Shown here: positions 8,833 through 17,397 of the stretch, in pieces
Numbering within the stretch: the first letter of the stretch is position 1
Layout: every line of letters starts with the position of its first letter
NCBI GenBank assembly: GCA_963579025.1
Contig: CAUZFZ010000022.1
Location: 15,459 to 79,458 of the forward strand
Length of the DNA: 64,000 nt
Direction of reading: 5' to 3'
Source of the DNA: Planctomycetota bacterium
GTDB lineage: Bacteria; Planctomycetota; Planctomycetia; Planctomycetales; Planctomycetaceae
Program-made: the position numbers and the translations under genes
The notes under the pieces: model-generated
The model's database searches: none
What the model was told of the DNA's origin: nothing
What the model saw: only the letters and a program-made list of their open reading frames with translations

Positions 8833-10542
8833 ATGAATTCCCAAGTCATCCTTGTCGCGTGCCTGGTGCTGCTTAGCCAGTTTGCCTGTGAGCAGCTGTC
8901 AGCTCAGGAAAGCGAAAAGCAGATTCTGGCGAAATATCGAACTGCCGCATTGAAAGGCGGCGACGCCGAGCGCGGCAAAGTTGTTTTTGCTTCGAAGACT
9001 GCCGCCTGCGGGAAGTGCCATGTTGTCACGGGGAGCGAACGTAAAGCGGGACCGAGTCTGCAGACCAGCGGCGACAAGTTCACTCGTGAGCAGCTCATCA
9101 CGGCAGTGCTTGAACCGAGCGCGAGAATCCATCCGGATCACGCAACGACGACTGTCACGACCACGGCCGGTAAGACTCACAACGGGGTCCTGCAGACTCG
9201 TACCGATGAAGAACTCCAGCTTCTGGACGCGGAAGGCAAGCTCGTTCGTATTCCAGTCGGGATGCTTGAGCTGGAAGTCAGAAGCAAAACGTCACTGATG
9301 CCGACCGGCTTGTACAAGACCGTCAAGCAAGGTGAATTCGCCGACATGATTGCTTACCTGGAGACTCTGCAGCAGAGCATCGGCAAATCCCGATGGGCCG
9401 GAATGCCCGACGAGATGCCCATGGTCAGCCAGCCAGTTCGGCTGGAACGACTGCATTCAGAGGAGATGCGATTCGATCATCCCGTATGCGTTATCTCCAG
9501 TCCGCGAGCGCCGCGCGAGTACTTTGTGGTCGAACAGAAAACGCGTCGTATCTGGCGTCTTCAGAAAGGCAACGGGGACTTTACGACGGATCGCAAAGAG
9601 CTGTTCGTCGACTTGAGCAACGAAGCCTCGACGGGCGAGTTCGAAGGAGTCGTGTGTCTGGCGTTTCATCCACAGTTTCTGAAGAACCGCAAGTACTACG
9701 TCAATTATCACGTTCGAAATCAGGGCAGTCACTTTTCACCCATCATCGCCGAGCGTCACGCCACTGAAGATTCTCGAAAGGACGCAGGTGGACCATCGCG
9801 GCGGCTGTTGCAGATTCACCAGAAGACTGATCTCCACTGGGGTGGCATGCTGGCGTTCGGTCCGGACGGTTACCTTTACATCGGCGCGGGCGACGCAGGT
9901 CCGCAGGAAGACCCGGAAGGCCACAGCCAGGACCTCAGTCTGCTGACCGGTTCGATTCTGCGAATTGATGTGGACCGCCAATCGGGAGAACTGGCGTACG
10001 CGATTCCGGAATCGAATCCGTTTCGTACGACAGGTGATCAAGTGCGTCCGGAAATCTGGTCATACGGATTTCGTATGCCATGGCGATTCAGCTTCGACAG
10101 CGAAACCGACGACTTGTGGGTCGGCGATATTGGCCAGAACCTCTTCGAAAACGTACGCATATCGAGACTCGGCGATAACCACGGCTGGAATGTATTCGAA
10201 GGCTTCGAGAACTTTTCCGAGCGATTCCGGCGCAAGGGCGAAACCTATGTCCCGCCGGTCCTCTCGTACCGCCGCAAAGATGGCGTGTCGGTGACGGCGG
10301 GCTATGTCTACCGGGCGAAGAAAGACTCGAGTTACTACGGCGCGTTCATCTTCGGCGACTTCGAGTCGAAGCGAATCTGGGCGATGACGCAGCGCGACCG
10401 CAAGCTGGTCAAAGTCCGGCAGATCGGATCCTGTCCCGAGCGGATCTCGTCATTCGGCATGGACGAGAATGGTGAGCTGTTGGTGGTCGGCTACAAGGGA
10501 ACCATCTACCAGCTTGTGCTGGATGATTCCAAGTTTGAGTAG
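8833..10542 (+). CDS. Cytochrome c domain fused to a PQQ-dependent sugar (glucose/sorbosone) dehydrogenase beta-propeller
   Basis: Signal peptide, then the CxxCH haem motif (AACGKCHVV), then a GSDH-type propeller (HPVCVISSP... LAFHPQF... GGMLAFGPDGYLYIGAGD... GWNVFEG). The RBS GAGGT lies 8 nt upstream of the ATG. Confidence 0.8.
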   Translation: MNSQVILVACLVLLSQFACEQLSAQESEKQILAKYRTAALKGGDAERGKVVFASKTAACGKCHVVTGSERKAGPSLQTSGDKFTREQLITAVLEPSARIHPDHATTTVTTTAGKTHNGVLQTRTDEELQLLDAEGKLVRIPVGMLELEVRSKTSLMPTGLYKTVKQGEFADMIAYLETLQQSIGKSRWAGMPDEMPMVSQPVRLERLHSEEMRFDHPVCVISSPRAPREYFVVEQKTRRIWRLQKGNGDFTTDRKELFVDLSNEASTGEFEGVVCLAFHPQFLKNRKYYVNYHVRNQGSHFSPIIAERHATEDSRKDAGGPSRRLLQIHQKTDLHWGGMLAFGPDGYLYIGAGDAGPQEDPEGHSQDLSLLTGSILRIDVDRQSGELAYAIPESNPFRTTGDQVRPEIWSYGFRMPWRFSFDSETDDLWVGDIGQNLFENVRISRLGDNHGWNVFEGFENFSERFRRKGETYVPPVLSYRRKDGVSVTAGYVYRAKKDSSYYGAFIFGDFESKRIWAMTQRDRKLVKVRQIGSCPERISSFGMDENGELLVVGYKGTIYQLVLDDSKFE

Positions 10543-10556
10543 TCCCTCTTCGGTCC

Positions 10557-13500
10557 CTAATTTGTCCGTGGCTTGGCGGATGCTGCCGCAGCAATGCGGT
10601 CGGATGCTGAAGGAATGGCGTACACGATCCGGACATCATCCAGCAGCGGGACGTGGCGGTAATAAACCTCAAGCGTCAACGCCGCCAGGCACGTCATATA
10701 CAGACGTCCGCCCGCCTCGCCGTACTGATCGGCAACATCCCAGCTTCCCGCCAGGTGACCAGTCGTCCGCTGCGTCGAGACAAGCTGTTCGCGCATGATT
10801 CGATTCCACTTTTCCCATGAGGGGCCGCCCCAGTTACGCATCACCTGACTGGCGTAGTAGTTGTAACACATGTCATTCCGCTCGGGTCCGCGACGACGCA
10901 GAAAGTCGATTCCGCGTCCGAGCGGCTCGTGCGAATTGCTCCAGCCGTTGTGCATTCGGCAGAACAGACCAATCGCGGTGGTCGATGCCTTTGAGCCCCG
11001 TTCCTCGTAACCGTACAACGCCCCATCCTGCGTTTGTACGGAATCGAGAAACACATTCATTCCTTCAAATGTTCTGTCCGGCACGTCGATCTCTGCGTCT
11101 CGAGCAGCGACCAAAGCCGTCTGAACCCAGCCGAGCACTGACGTATCACCACCGTTGCTGCCCGGCTCATACTTCCAGCCGCCCTGTGAATTCTGGGCGT
11201 TCACAATAAACCGGATCCCACCCTGAGCCAGAGAACCTAATTGGCGGGTTTCTACTTCCAGTTGTCGACGCGTTTTCATGCCGACTTTCCGTGCGTGTGG
11301 ACCGGCAATCTTCAAAGCGGCTGCATTTTGATGCACTGCCTGGGCCAGACAGATCGCTGAAATCGCCTGGATATACATACCCTTCTGCCCTTCGAAGACG
11401 CCCCGCAGATCAGCGCCCGCCGGAACGGGCCGCGCACTCAGCCCGATGAAATTCAGGCCCGCCTCCACATTTCGACGGTAGGGACCGTCGTAACACGAGT
11501 TGCCCGCTCCTTGCAGAGCCATCACGGCCAGTCCCGTTGCAGCGACGCGTGCACGTGGCATGTTGCCCGGCTGAGTGCACTGGCCTTTACAAGCAGGCCC
11601 GCGATGATCGAAACACCAGCTTCCGTCCGCCAGTTGATGCAGCGCAAGCCATTTCAACGCACTGTTGACCGCCGCTTCGCTTTCAGTGGTACCTCCGTAC
11701 CGGGCAAGCATGGTGGCACGCTCCGAAACCGGAACTGTCTCATCAATGACAGTCACCTCGGTGTCCGGCGGTATCTCAACCGGCACGGTCGACACGAGTT
11801 CCGTCTCATCCGAGGCCTGGGTCGTTGGTTCACTATCCGACTCACTGGACGGAGCCGCCTTGTCGAACGCTGGTTGGGGAATCAATTTGGCAACCGATTC
11901 GAGTGGCGGAGTTTCTTCTGCCGGTTCCTCCGGGATTACCATCGCTACTTCGTCAACAGACTCGGTCGTAGCCTCGGCCGACATCGAGCTCTGAATGATA
12001 AACGACTGCGGGACGTCAACCGGCATGACGATCAGTCCAAGGATGATCAGCACAACCGCGTGGAGCAGACCGTTGATTACGAGGGCTTTTGCCGTTCGCA
12101 CCCGGGCTTTCCGGGTAGTCGGTTTGTGATCAGTCCCCTCTGGCCGTGTGAGTTGCATGACGGCGCGATCAAGCGAAGTTCCCTCTTCGACCTCATTCCG
12201 GATCGCGCGTCCGCTCGCAGGATTACGGTGACGGGAATCGTCCGGGTCAGTCACGATACCAGGAGTTGGTACAACGCCCGAGGAGTAGAAAGCTCCTTCA
12301 TCGATCGTCAAATCGTCCATGTCGAGTGCGCGTTCATCGACGGTCAGACCTTCGTCAGAGAAATTTCCATCCGGCGAATTTGCGACTCGACTATTGAACG
12401 GCAAAGGGACCTGAACCGGTCGTCGCGCGTCCGTTGAGCCTCGATGCGCTGAGACAGGTGGCTCCGACAAGCCTGATTCGGGAGTTGCCGCTGTGTCTCG
12501 ACGATCCGTCCGTGATTCGCGGCTTGTCGGCCCTGCGCGCGCTGCCCGCTGCCTGGCACTGTCTGCGGCCTGGCCGGTAGTCGCTTCCGAGAACGTGATG
12601 TCGGACGAATCACTCAAGTCGCTGAAATCACTGAATCGAAATGACTTCCCCTCGTACGCCGATCCATCCAGGTCTTCCGACGTAAGGCCAGCTCGCTCCA
12701 TCACTTCACACAGCGACGCGAGCCCCGATTCGCCTTCACGCGCCGTTTCCCACTCTCGCACCGCGTGATTGTCGTCAGGATCCACGGCCGGGTTCGCGGC
12801 CTCGACGAGTGCTGCCAGTTGATCCGCCGAGTGGTCCTCATGTTGTTCTCCGCGCAAAGCTGTCTGTGAGTAGCTCGTGCGCGCAGTGGCATCCGAAAGA
12901 TCGTGCTGCATGCGTTTCTGCCAGAACGAAAACGTTTCGTTCGTGAAACAGTTGGCTCGCTCGATATGCAGTTCAGCTTTGCGGCCGACCGTCGGCAGGA
13001 ACGCATTAACCTGGATTCGCCCGTTGGCCTGATATTGAAAAGTGACTTCCACGGGTGACCCCGCAGGCAGATTCGGAGGCAGACCACGGACAACGCACGT
13101 CCCAATCCGCGAAGCTTTCTGCCCTTCGGCATTTCCACCTTCAACGACCTTTACAACAACACTTGACTGGCCTGGTTGAAATGTCCGAAACGTCGACGTC
13201 TTCTTTGCCGGTAAGGACGTGTTCTTCGGAATCATTACGCAACGTTTGTTCCCGCCCGTTGCGCGGTTGATACCAAGAACCCCCAAGTGGTGCGAGTTGA
13301 CATTGTGGACTTGAATGTCACTTATGTGTTCGGCAGCGTTGCCAGATCGCAGCGTCGCATAAATCGCGGCCCCATGCGCGACAGCTTCATCAGGCGACAG
13401 CGATCGATCAACGTGACGCCCGAAGATTTCTTCCAGTGAATGCTGAACAATTGGCATGCGGCTGGCACCGCCGGCCAGCAGCAGGCGCGTCACGTCGTCC

Positions 13501-14426
13501 CAGGAGCGATTCGCTTCCTTCAGCAACCGGCTGGCCGTCTGGATTGTCCGCTCCAGCAGGTCACTGGTGAGTTGCTCGAACAGCTCACGCGTAAACATCA
13601 GCTTCAGTTGATGGCCTTCGAACGAGAATGCAAACGTGGCCTTCTCTCGCGCCGATAAGGAGCGCTTAACATCCTCGGCCTGCTGCATCAGTGCATGTTG
13701 TGCTCGGAGGTCGTCCTGCGGGTTGATGCCAGATTCACGAAAGAATCGCTCGCTGATGTGGTCGGCGATTCTCGCCGTCCAGTCGATGCCACCCAGTCCC
13801 ATGTTTCCGGCTGTTCCCAATGAGCGAAACTCACGACCGTTAATCTCCATGAGAGTGACGTCGAAGGTCCCGCCACCCAGGTCGTAGACCATGACCAGTT
13901 CGCGGTGGTTTCGATCCGCAGCCAGACTGATAAAACCTTTGTGGAATCCGTACGAAATCGCCGCTGCTGTGGGCTCGTTGAGGATATCCAGCAATTCGAT
14001 ACCGGCCATGCGCGAGGCATCCTGTGTTGCCTTGCGCCTCGGTTCGTCGAAGTATGCAGGCACGGTGATAACGGCCTGGTCAATCGAGCCCAACTGAAGT
14101 TCGGCGTCTGCCTTCAACTTCCGCAGAATCAGCGCCTGGATCACTTCGGGCGGGAAGGACTCGTCACGAATTGTGCGTCTGTAGCAGGCCTGCCCCATGT
14201 CTCGCTTGACGGACCGCGCGACGAGGTCGGGTTCAAACTCTGCCAGCTTATTTGCTTCTTTACCAACAACAACGCTGTCCGTATCGAAGTAGACGACACT
14301 GGGTGTCGTCAGCTCACCATCTGCATTGACGACGGTCGTGGGTCGTCCTGTTCGATCAACCCACGCGACGAGAGAACACGTCGTCCCGAGATCGATTCCC
14401 GCGACAGTTCTCGATGGCCTGTTCAT
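10557..14426 (-). CDS. Membrane protein with an Hsp70-family ATPase plus beta-sandwich at the N-terminus, a single TM, and a C-terminal prenyltransferase / squalene-oxidase-repeat (terpene-cyclase-like alpha-toroid) domain
   Basis: Hsp70 motifs are AGIDLGTTCS, VYDLGGGTFDVTLM and NEPTAAAISYG. A long acidic linker follows. The TM is LVINGLLHAVVLIILGLIV. QW-type repeats are ALKWLALHQLADGSWCF and RFIVNAQNSQGGWKYEPGSNGGDTSVLGW. Total 1289 aa. Confidence 0.75.
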   Translation of the reverse strand: MNRPSRTVAGIDLGTTCSLVAWVDRTGRPTTVVNADGELTTPSVVYFDTDSVVVGKEANKLAEFEPDLVARSVKRDMGQACYRRTIRDESFPPEVIQALILRKLKADAELQLGSIDQAVITVPAYFDEPRRKATQDASRMAGIELLDILNEPTAAAISYGFHKGFISLAADRNHRELVMVYDLGGGTFDVTLMEINGREFRSLGTAGNMGLGGIDWTARIADHISERFFRESGINPQDDLRAQHALMQQAEDVKRSLSAREKATFAFSFEGHQLKLMFTRELFEQLTSDLLERTIQTASRLLKEANRSWDDVTRLLLAGGASRMPIVQHSLEEIFGRHVDRSLSPDEAVAHGAAIYATLRSGNAAEHISDIQVHNVNSHHLGVLGINRATGGNKRCVMIPKNTSLPAKKTSTFRTFQPGQSSVVVKVVEGGNAEGQKASRIGTCVVRGLPPNLPAGSPVEVTFQYQANGRIQVNAFLPTVGRKAELHIERANCFTNETFSFWQKRMQHDLSDATARTSYSQTALRGEQHEDHSADQLAALVEAANPAVDPDDNHAVREWETAREGESGLASLCEVMERAGLTSEDLDGSAYEGKSFRFSDFSDLSDSSDITFSEATTGQAADSARQRAARAGPTSRESRTDRRDTAATPESGLSEPPVSAHRGSTDARRPVQVPLPFNSRVANSPDGNFSDEGLTVDERALDMDDLTIDEGAFYSSGVVPTPGIVTDPDDSRHRNPASGRAIRNEVEEGTSLDRAVMQLTRPEGTDHKPTTRKARVRTAKALVINGLLHAVVLIILGLIVMPVDVPQSFIIQSSMSAEATTESVDEVAMVIPEEPAEETPPLESVAKLIPQPAFDKAAPSSESDSEPTTQASDETELVSTVPVEIPPDTEVTVIDETVPVSERATMLARYGGTTESEAAVNSALKWLALHQLADGSWCFDHRGPACKGQCTQPGNMPRARVAATGLAVMALQGAGNSCYDGPYRRNVEAGLNFIGLSARPVPAGADLRGVFEGQKGMYIQAISAICLAQAVHQNAAALKIAGPHARKVGMKTRRQLEVETRQLGSLAQGGIRFIVNAQNSQGGWKYEPGSNGGDTSVLGWVQTALVAARDAEIDVPDRTFEGMNVFLDSVQTQDGALYGYEERGSKASTTAIGLFCRMHNGWSNSHEPLGRGIDFLRRRGPERNDMCYNYYASQVMRNWGGPSWEKWNRIMREQLVSTQRTTGHLAGSWDVADQYGEAGGRLYMTCLAALTLEVYYRHVPLLDDVRIVYAIPSASDRIAAAASAKPRTN

Positions 14427-14674
14427 GGCTCAATCCGAACACAATGGCATTGGAACGCATTTTTCGTTTGCGCAACGGTGCTGGATGCGAATCCCGTACT
14501 CACGTCAGGCAACTGTACCCCGCACGATTGCTGCCGAACGGACATAGACGCGTAAGGTGGTCGCGATCTGGAGTTTTACCTGGAACCAAAGCGATCAAAC
14601 GTCGGGGCTGGTCAGCTCAACGCAGACGGAGCAGTCACGGTTAACCGGCAGAGTTTCACAATCGGAGCCAGAAA

Positions 14675-16177
14675 TCAGCGAGCAGGAGAAGCAGTGGAGC
14701 GGTACATGTTGCGCGCGTTCGGATCACACAGTCTGGCGAGATTGAAGGGCTCAATGGCACAACGCACCTGCTTCTCAAAGTTAGCCACCAAAGCCGGGCT
14801 GCCGGTCAGCGCCTGATCCAGTTCGCTCCGAAGCCGGAATGCGGCAGCAGTCAATCGGTCGTCATCAGCACACAGAAACGACCACGGCGCCGCCGATGAC
14901 CCGGATTCTGCGCGGCGGTGTTCACAGGTTGTCGCGGCGGCGAAGTAGAGCATTGACCACGCCGCAAATGCCCTGAAGTTCTGCCGCGACGCATAGCAGC
15001 CTTCTACCAGACAGTCGACCCAGTAAATCTCGTTGCGCAGTGACTCGGCGTATTGCTGAAGCTGAGATTCCAGGTCTGGCCGGCTCCAATGGCGTTCGAT
15101 GATGCTCGCTATGCGTTCGATTCCACTTAGCGTGTGGGCGATCCCGGTACTGTGCAGCGGATCAACGAACCCGGCCGTATTGGGCAACAACCCCCAATCC
15201 CGCCCAGCCATCTGTCTGCTGCAGCGCTGCATTCGCCCGGTACTCCGCAGACCACCATCGGGCTGTACAAGTTCGGCATGACGGAATTGTCGGGCGATGG
15301 ACGGGTACTTTGCGAGTTCCTGTTTCCACTCGTACACAGCCGAGATCGATTCGTTCCACGGTCGGTGAGTCCCGTCAAACACGAAGCCGGCACTTGTGAT
15401 CCCGTTATCGAATCGCAGTTGCCACATCCAGGCATCGTCCAGAATGTGATGAATCGCTGCGGCGTCACACGGAAACGGATGCTCCTGCCTGTCACATTCG
15501 GATTCCGCGAGAATGTCATCCCACTTATCCACTCCCGAGAAGTGCCCGAAGACCGCTCGCGAGTTTGTTTGCAGAGAATCATCTTCGATTCCAAGTACTC
15601 GCGTGATCAGTCCGCCCGATCCCGTCGCGTCCACGACAAATCTAGCGAGAATTACAACAGGTTCATCGAGCCGGTGACCGGACAATTTCCACCCATTACT
15701 GTGCGTGATTTCCGCGAGGTGGGTGTTATCAAGAACTTCGATGCCGGCAGACCGGGCTTCGTCAGCCAGAAACGCGTCGACGTCCGACCGTAGCCAGTGC
15801 GTATCCGCGAAGTCGTTTTCGTTGCTCGCTGCGACGAGAAGTTCGTTGGAGTGATCGCGATCCGATTCGAACGGTCGACCGGACTCGTGTCGAAAGTAGC
15901 TGAAACCTCGCTTAAGACCGCAGCCAATGTCCGGATACGTCGATCGCCATGAACCGTACTTCGCGAGTGGTTTCAGACGCGGCAGGTCGTACCGATCCGC
16001 CAGGTCCCCGAGGATGTAGTCGGCGATCGGTGTCGATGACTCACCGATGGCGAATCGCGGATGAGTATCGCGATCGACCAACACAACGGATCGACCGATC
16101 CGCTGCAGGATCAGCGCCATCAGACTTCCACCGAAGCCCGACCCCAGCACTGCAATGTCTACCGATGTTTCGATCAT
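14675..16177 (-). CDS. FAD-dependent oxidoreductase, flavin-dependent (tryptophan-)halogenase-like / geranylgeranyl-reductase superfamily
   Basis: N-terminal DIAVLGSGFGGSLMALIL (GxGxxG). A degenerate WxWxIP-like stretch DAWMWQLRF is present. The lysine expected after the first GE-motif aligns to Tyr (RFAIGESSTPIADY), so true halogenase activity is doubtful. Confidence 0.7.
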   Translation of the reverse strand: MIETSVDIAVLGSGFGGSLMALILQRIGRSVVLVDRDTHPRFAIGESSTPIADYILGDLADRYDLPRLKPLAKYGSWRSTYPDIGCGLKRGFSYFRHESGRPFESDRDHSNELLVAASNENDFADTHWLRSDVDAFLADEARSAGIEVLDNTHLAEITHSNGWKLSGHRLDEPVVILARFVVDATGSGGLITRVLGIEDDSLQTNSRAVFGHFSGVDKWDDILAESECDRQEHPFPCDAAAIHHILDDAWMWQLRFDNGITSAGFVFDGTHRPWNESISAVYEWKQELAKYPSIARQFRHAELVQPDGGLRSTGRMQRCSRQMAGRDWGLLPNTAGFVDPLHSTGIAHTLSGIERIASIIERHWSRPDLESQLQQYAESLRNEIYWVDCLVEGCYASRQNFRAFAAWSMLYFAAATTCEHRRAESGSSAAPWSFLCADDDRLTAAAFRLRSELDQALTGSPALVANFEKQVRCAIEPFNLARLCDPNARNMYRSTASPAR

Positions 16178-16214
16178 GCCACGAATTCAATTCGCTTGTT
16201 TCTCACTTGGACTG

Positions 16215-17171
16215 TCAGGTGGACGCGTCGGTCGATGACTGGCAACTGCCACACACACAGGCAGGAAGAAACGCCTGAGTCAAATTCGTGCGTTGCATCC
16301 GGTCGATGCGTTGTGTCGCACATTGCGGGCAGCGGGCAAATCGTACCGCGTCCCACAGGTCCATAAACACGCGACCCTGCTTTAGGCCGATGCCGGCTTC
16401 CAGGACCGCTTCCATGGACTCGATACGCGGCTCGGCAAATTCACCCGAGTCTGCCAGTTGCTCCATGATTCCGTTGCCCGAGCGAGACGGGATAACGGCA
16501 CAACATCCGATGTCGAGGTCGAAGGACGTTTTGATTGATCGGAGTGCCCAGTCGATCCCTTCCTGTTCGTCGAGCCAGGGTGGACGGAGCAGAATGAATG
16601 ATCGCACTGCGATATCGTGCCTGCGGAGGAACGTCACGGCTCTTGCGAAATCATCAAGTGACATTTGCTTGTTGAGTCGACGCAGAACGTCGGGATGCAC
16701 GGTCTCGAGACCGATCGCGATTTCCAGTTGCGTTCCAATCAGATCGCGAAACCGGACACACTGGTCGTCGCAGAACTTCGGATGGTTCTCGACGATCACG
16801 GTCTCGAAGGAACTCACGATCCGCGCGATGGCGGGCCAGTCTTCCCTCGGGATTGCCTGTGGGTCGAAGAAGTTGCCGCTGTTGTACAGCTTGATGTGCC
16901 GTGCGGTCGGAAGCCGTTCGAGGGCATACTCGATTTGTGCCGGGATGGATCCAATTGGCACGCGTTCGTCGGTCGTGTTTTTCCACAGGTCGCAGAACAC
17001 GCAGCGAAACGGACACTCGCGATTCGTCAGGAAGATCGTGGCGACGTCTTCAACCTGGCCGTGCGCTGTGCATTCGGGTTCGACCAGAAACGCGTAGGGA
17101 CGTGTCGGATCGACGGCGTTCTTCTCGCGTCGAGCCTTCAGGATTTCTGCCGTCCCGATCCGGTGATTCAC
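16215..17171 (-). CDS. Radical SAM domain protein with an extra C-terminal Cys cluster
   Basis: CxxxCxxC motif in FLTNRECPFRCVFCDLW. The C-terminal CPQCATQ...CVCGSCQ could ligate an auxiliary Fe-S cluster or Zn. Confidence 0.75.
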   Translation of the reverse strand: MNHRIGTAEILKARREKNAVDPTRPYAFLVEPECTAHGQVEDVATIFLTNRECPFRCVFCDLWKNTTDERVPIGSIPAQIEYALERLPTARHIKLYNSGNFFDPQAIPREDWPAIARIVSSFETVIVENHPKFCDDQCVRFRDLIGTQLEIAIGLETVHPDVLRRLNKQMSLDDFARAVTFLRRHDIAVRSFILLRPPWLDEQEGIDWALRSIKTSFDLDIGCCAVIPSRSGNGIMEQLADSGEFAEPRIESMEAVLEAGIGLKQGRVFMDLWDAVRFARCPQCATQRIDRMQRTNLTQAFLPACVCGSCQSSTDAST

Positions 17172-17397
17172 TGGCTTTCCCTACCGGATGAAAGTGGGTC
17201 GGCGAATATCCGCTGAAGCTGCGTCATTCGCGTTCCTTCAAAAAACCGTGACTGAAGTCTGAGAACAAGTGCCCAGATTGTGAAGAAGCGAGAGAAACTC
17301 AACCAGGGACTGGACTTCCCGTCATTGAGCCGGTCATATGATCGACCACCAAACGACCGTCAGTCCGCATTCCCTTGGGTTGGATACGCCTCGCACC

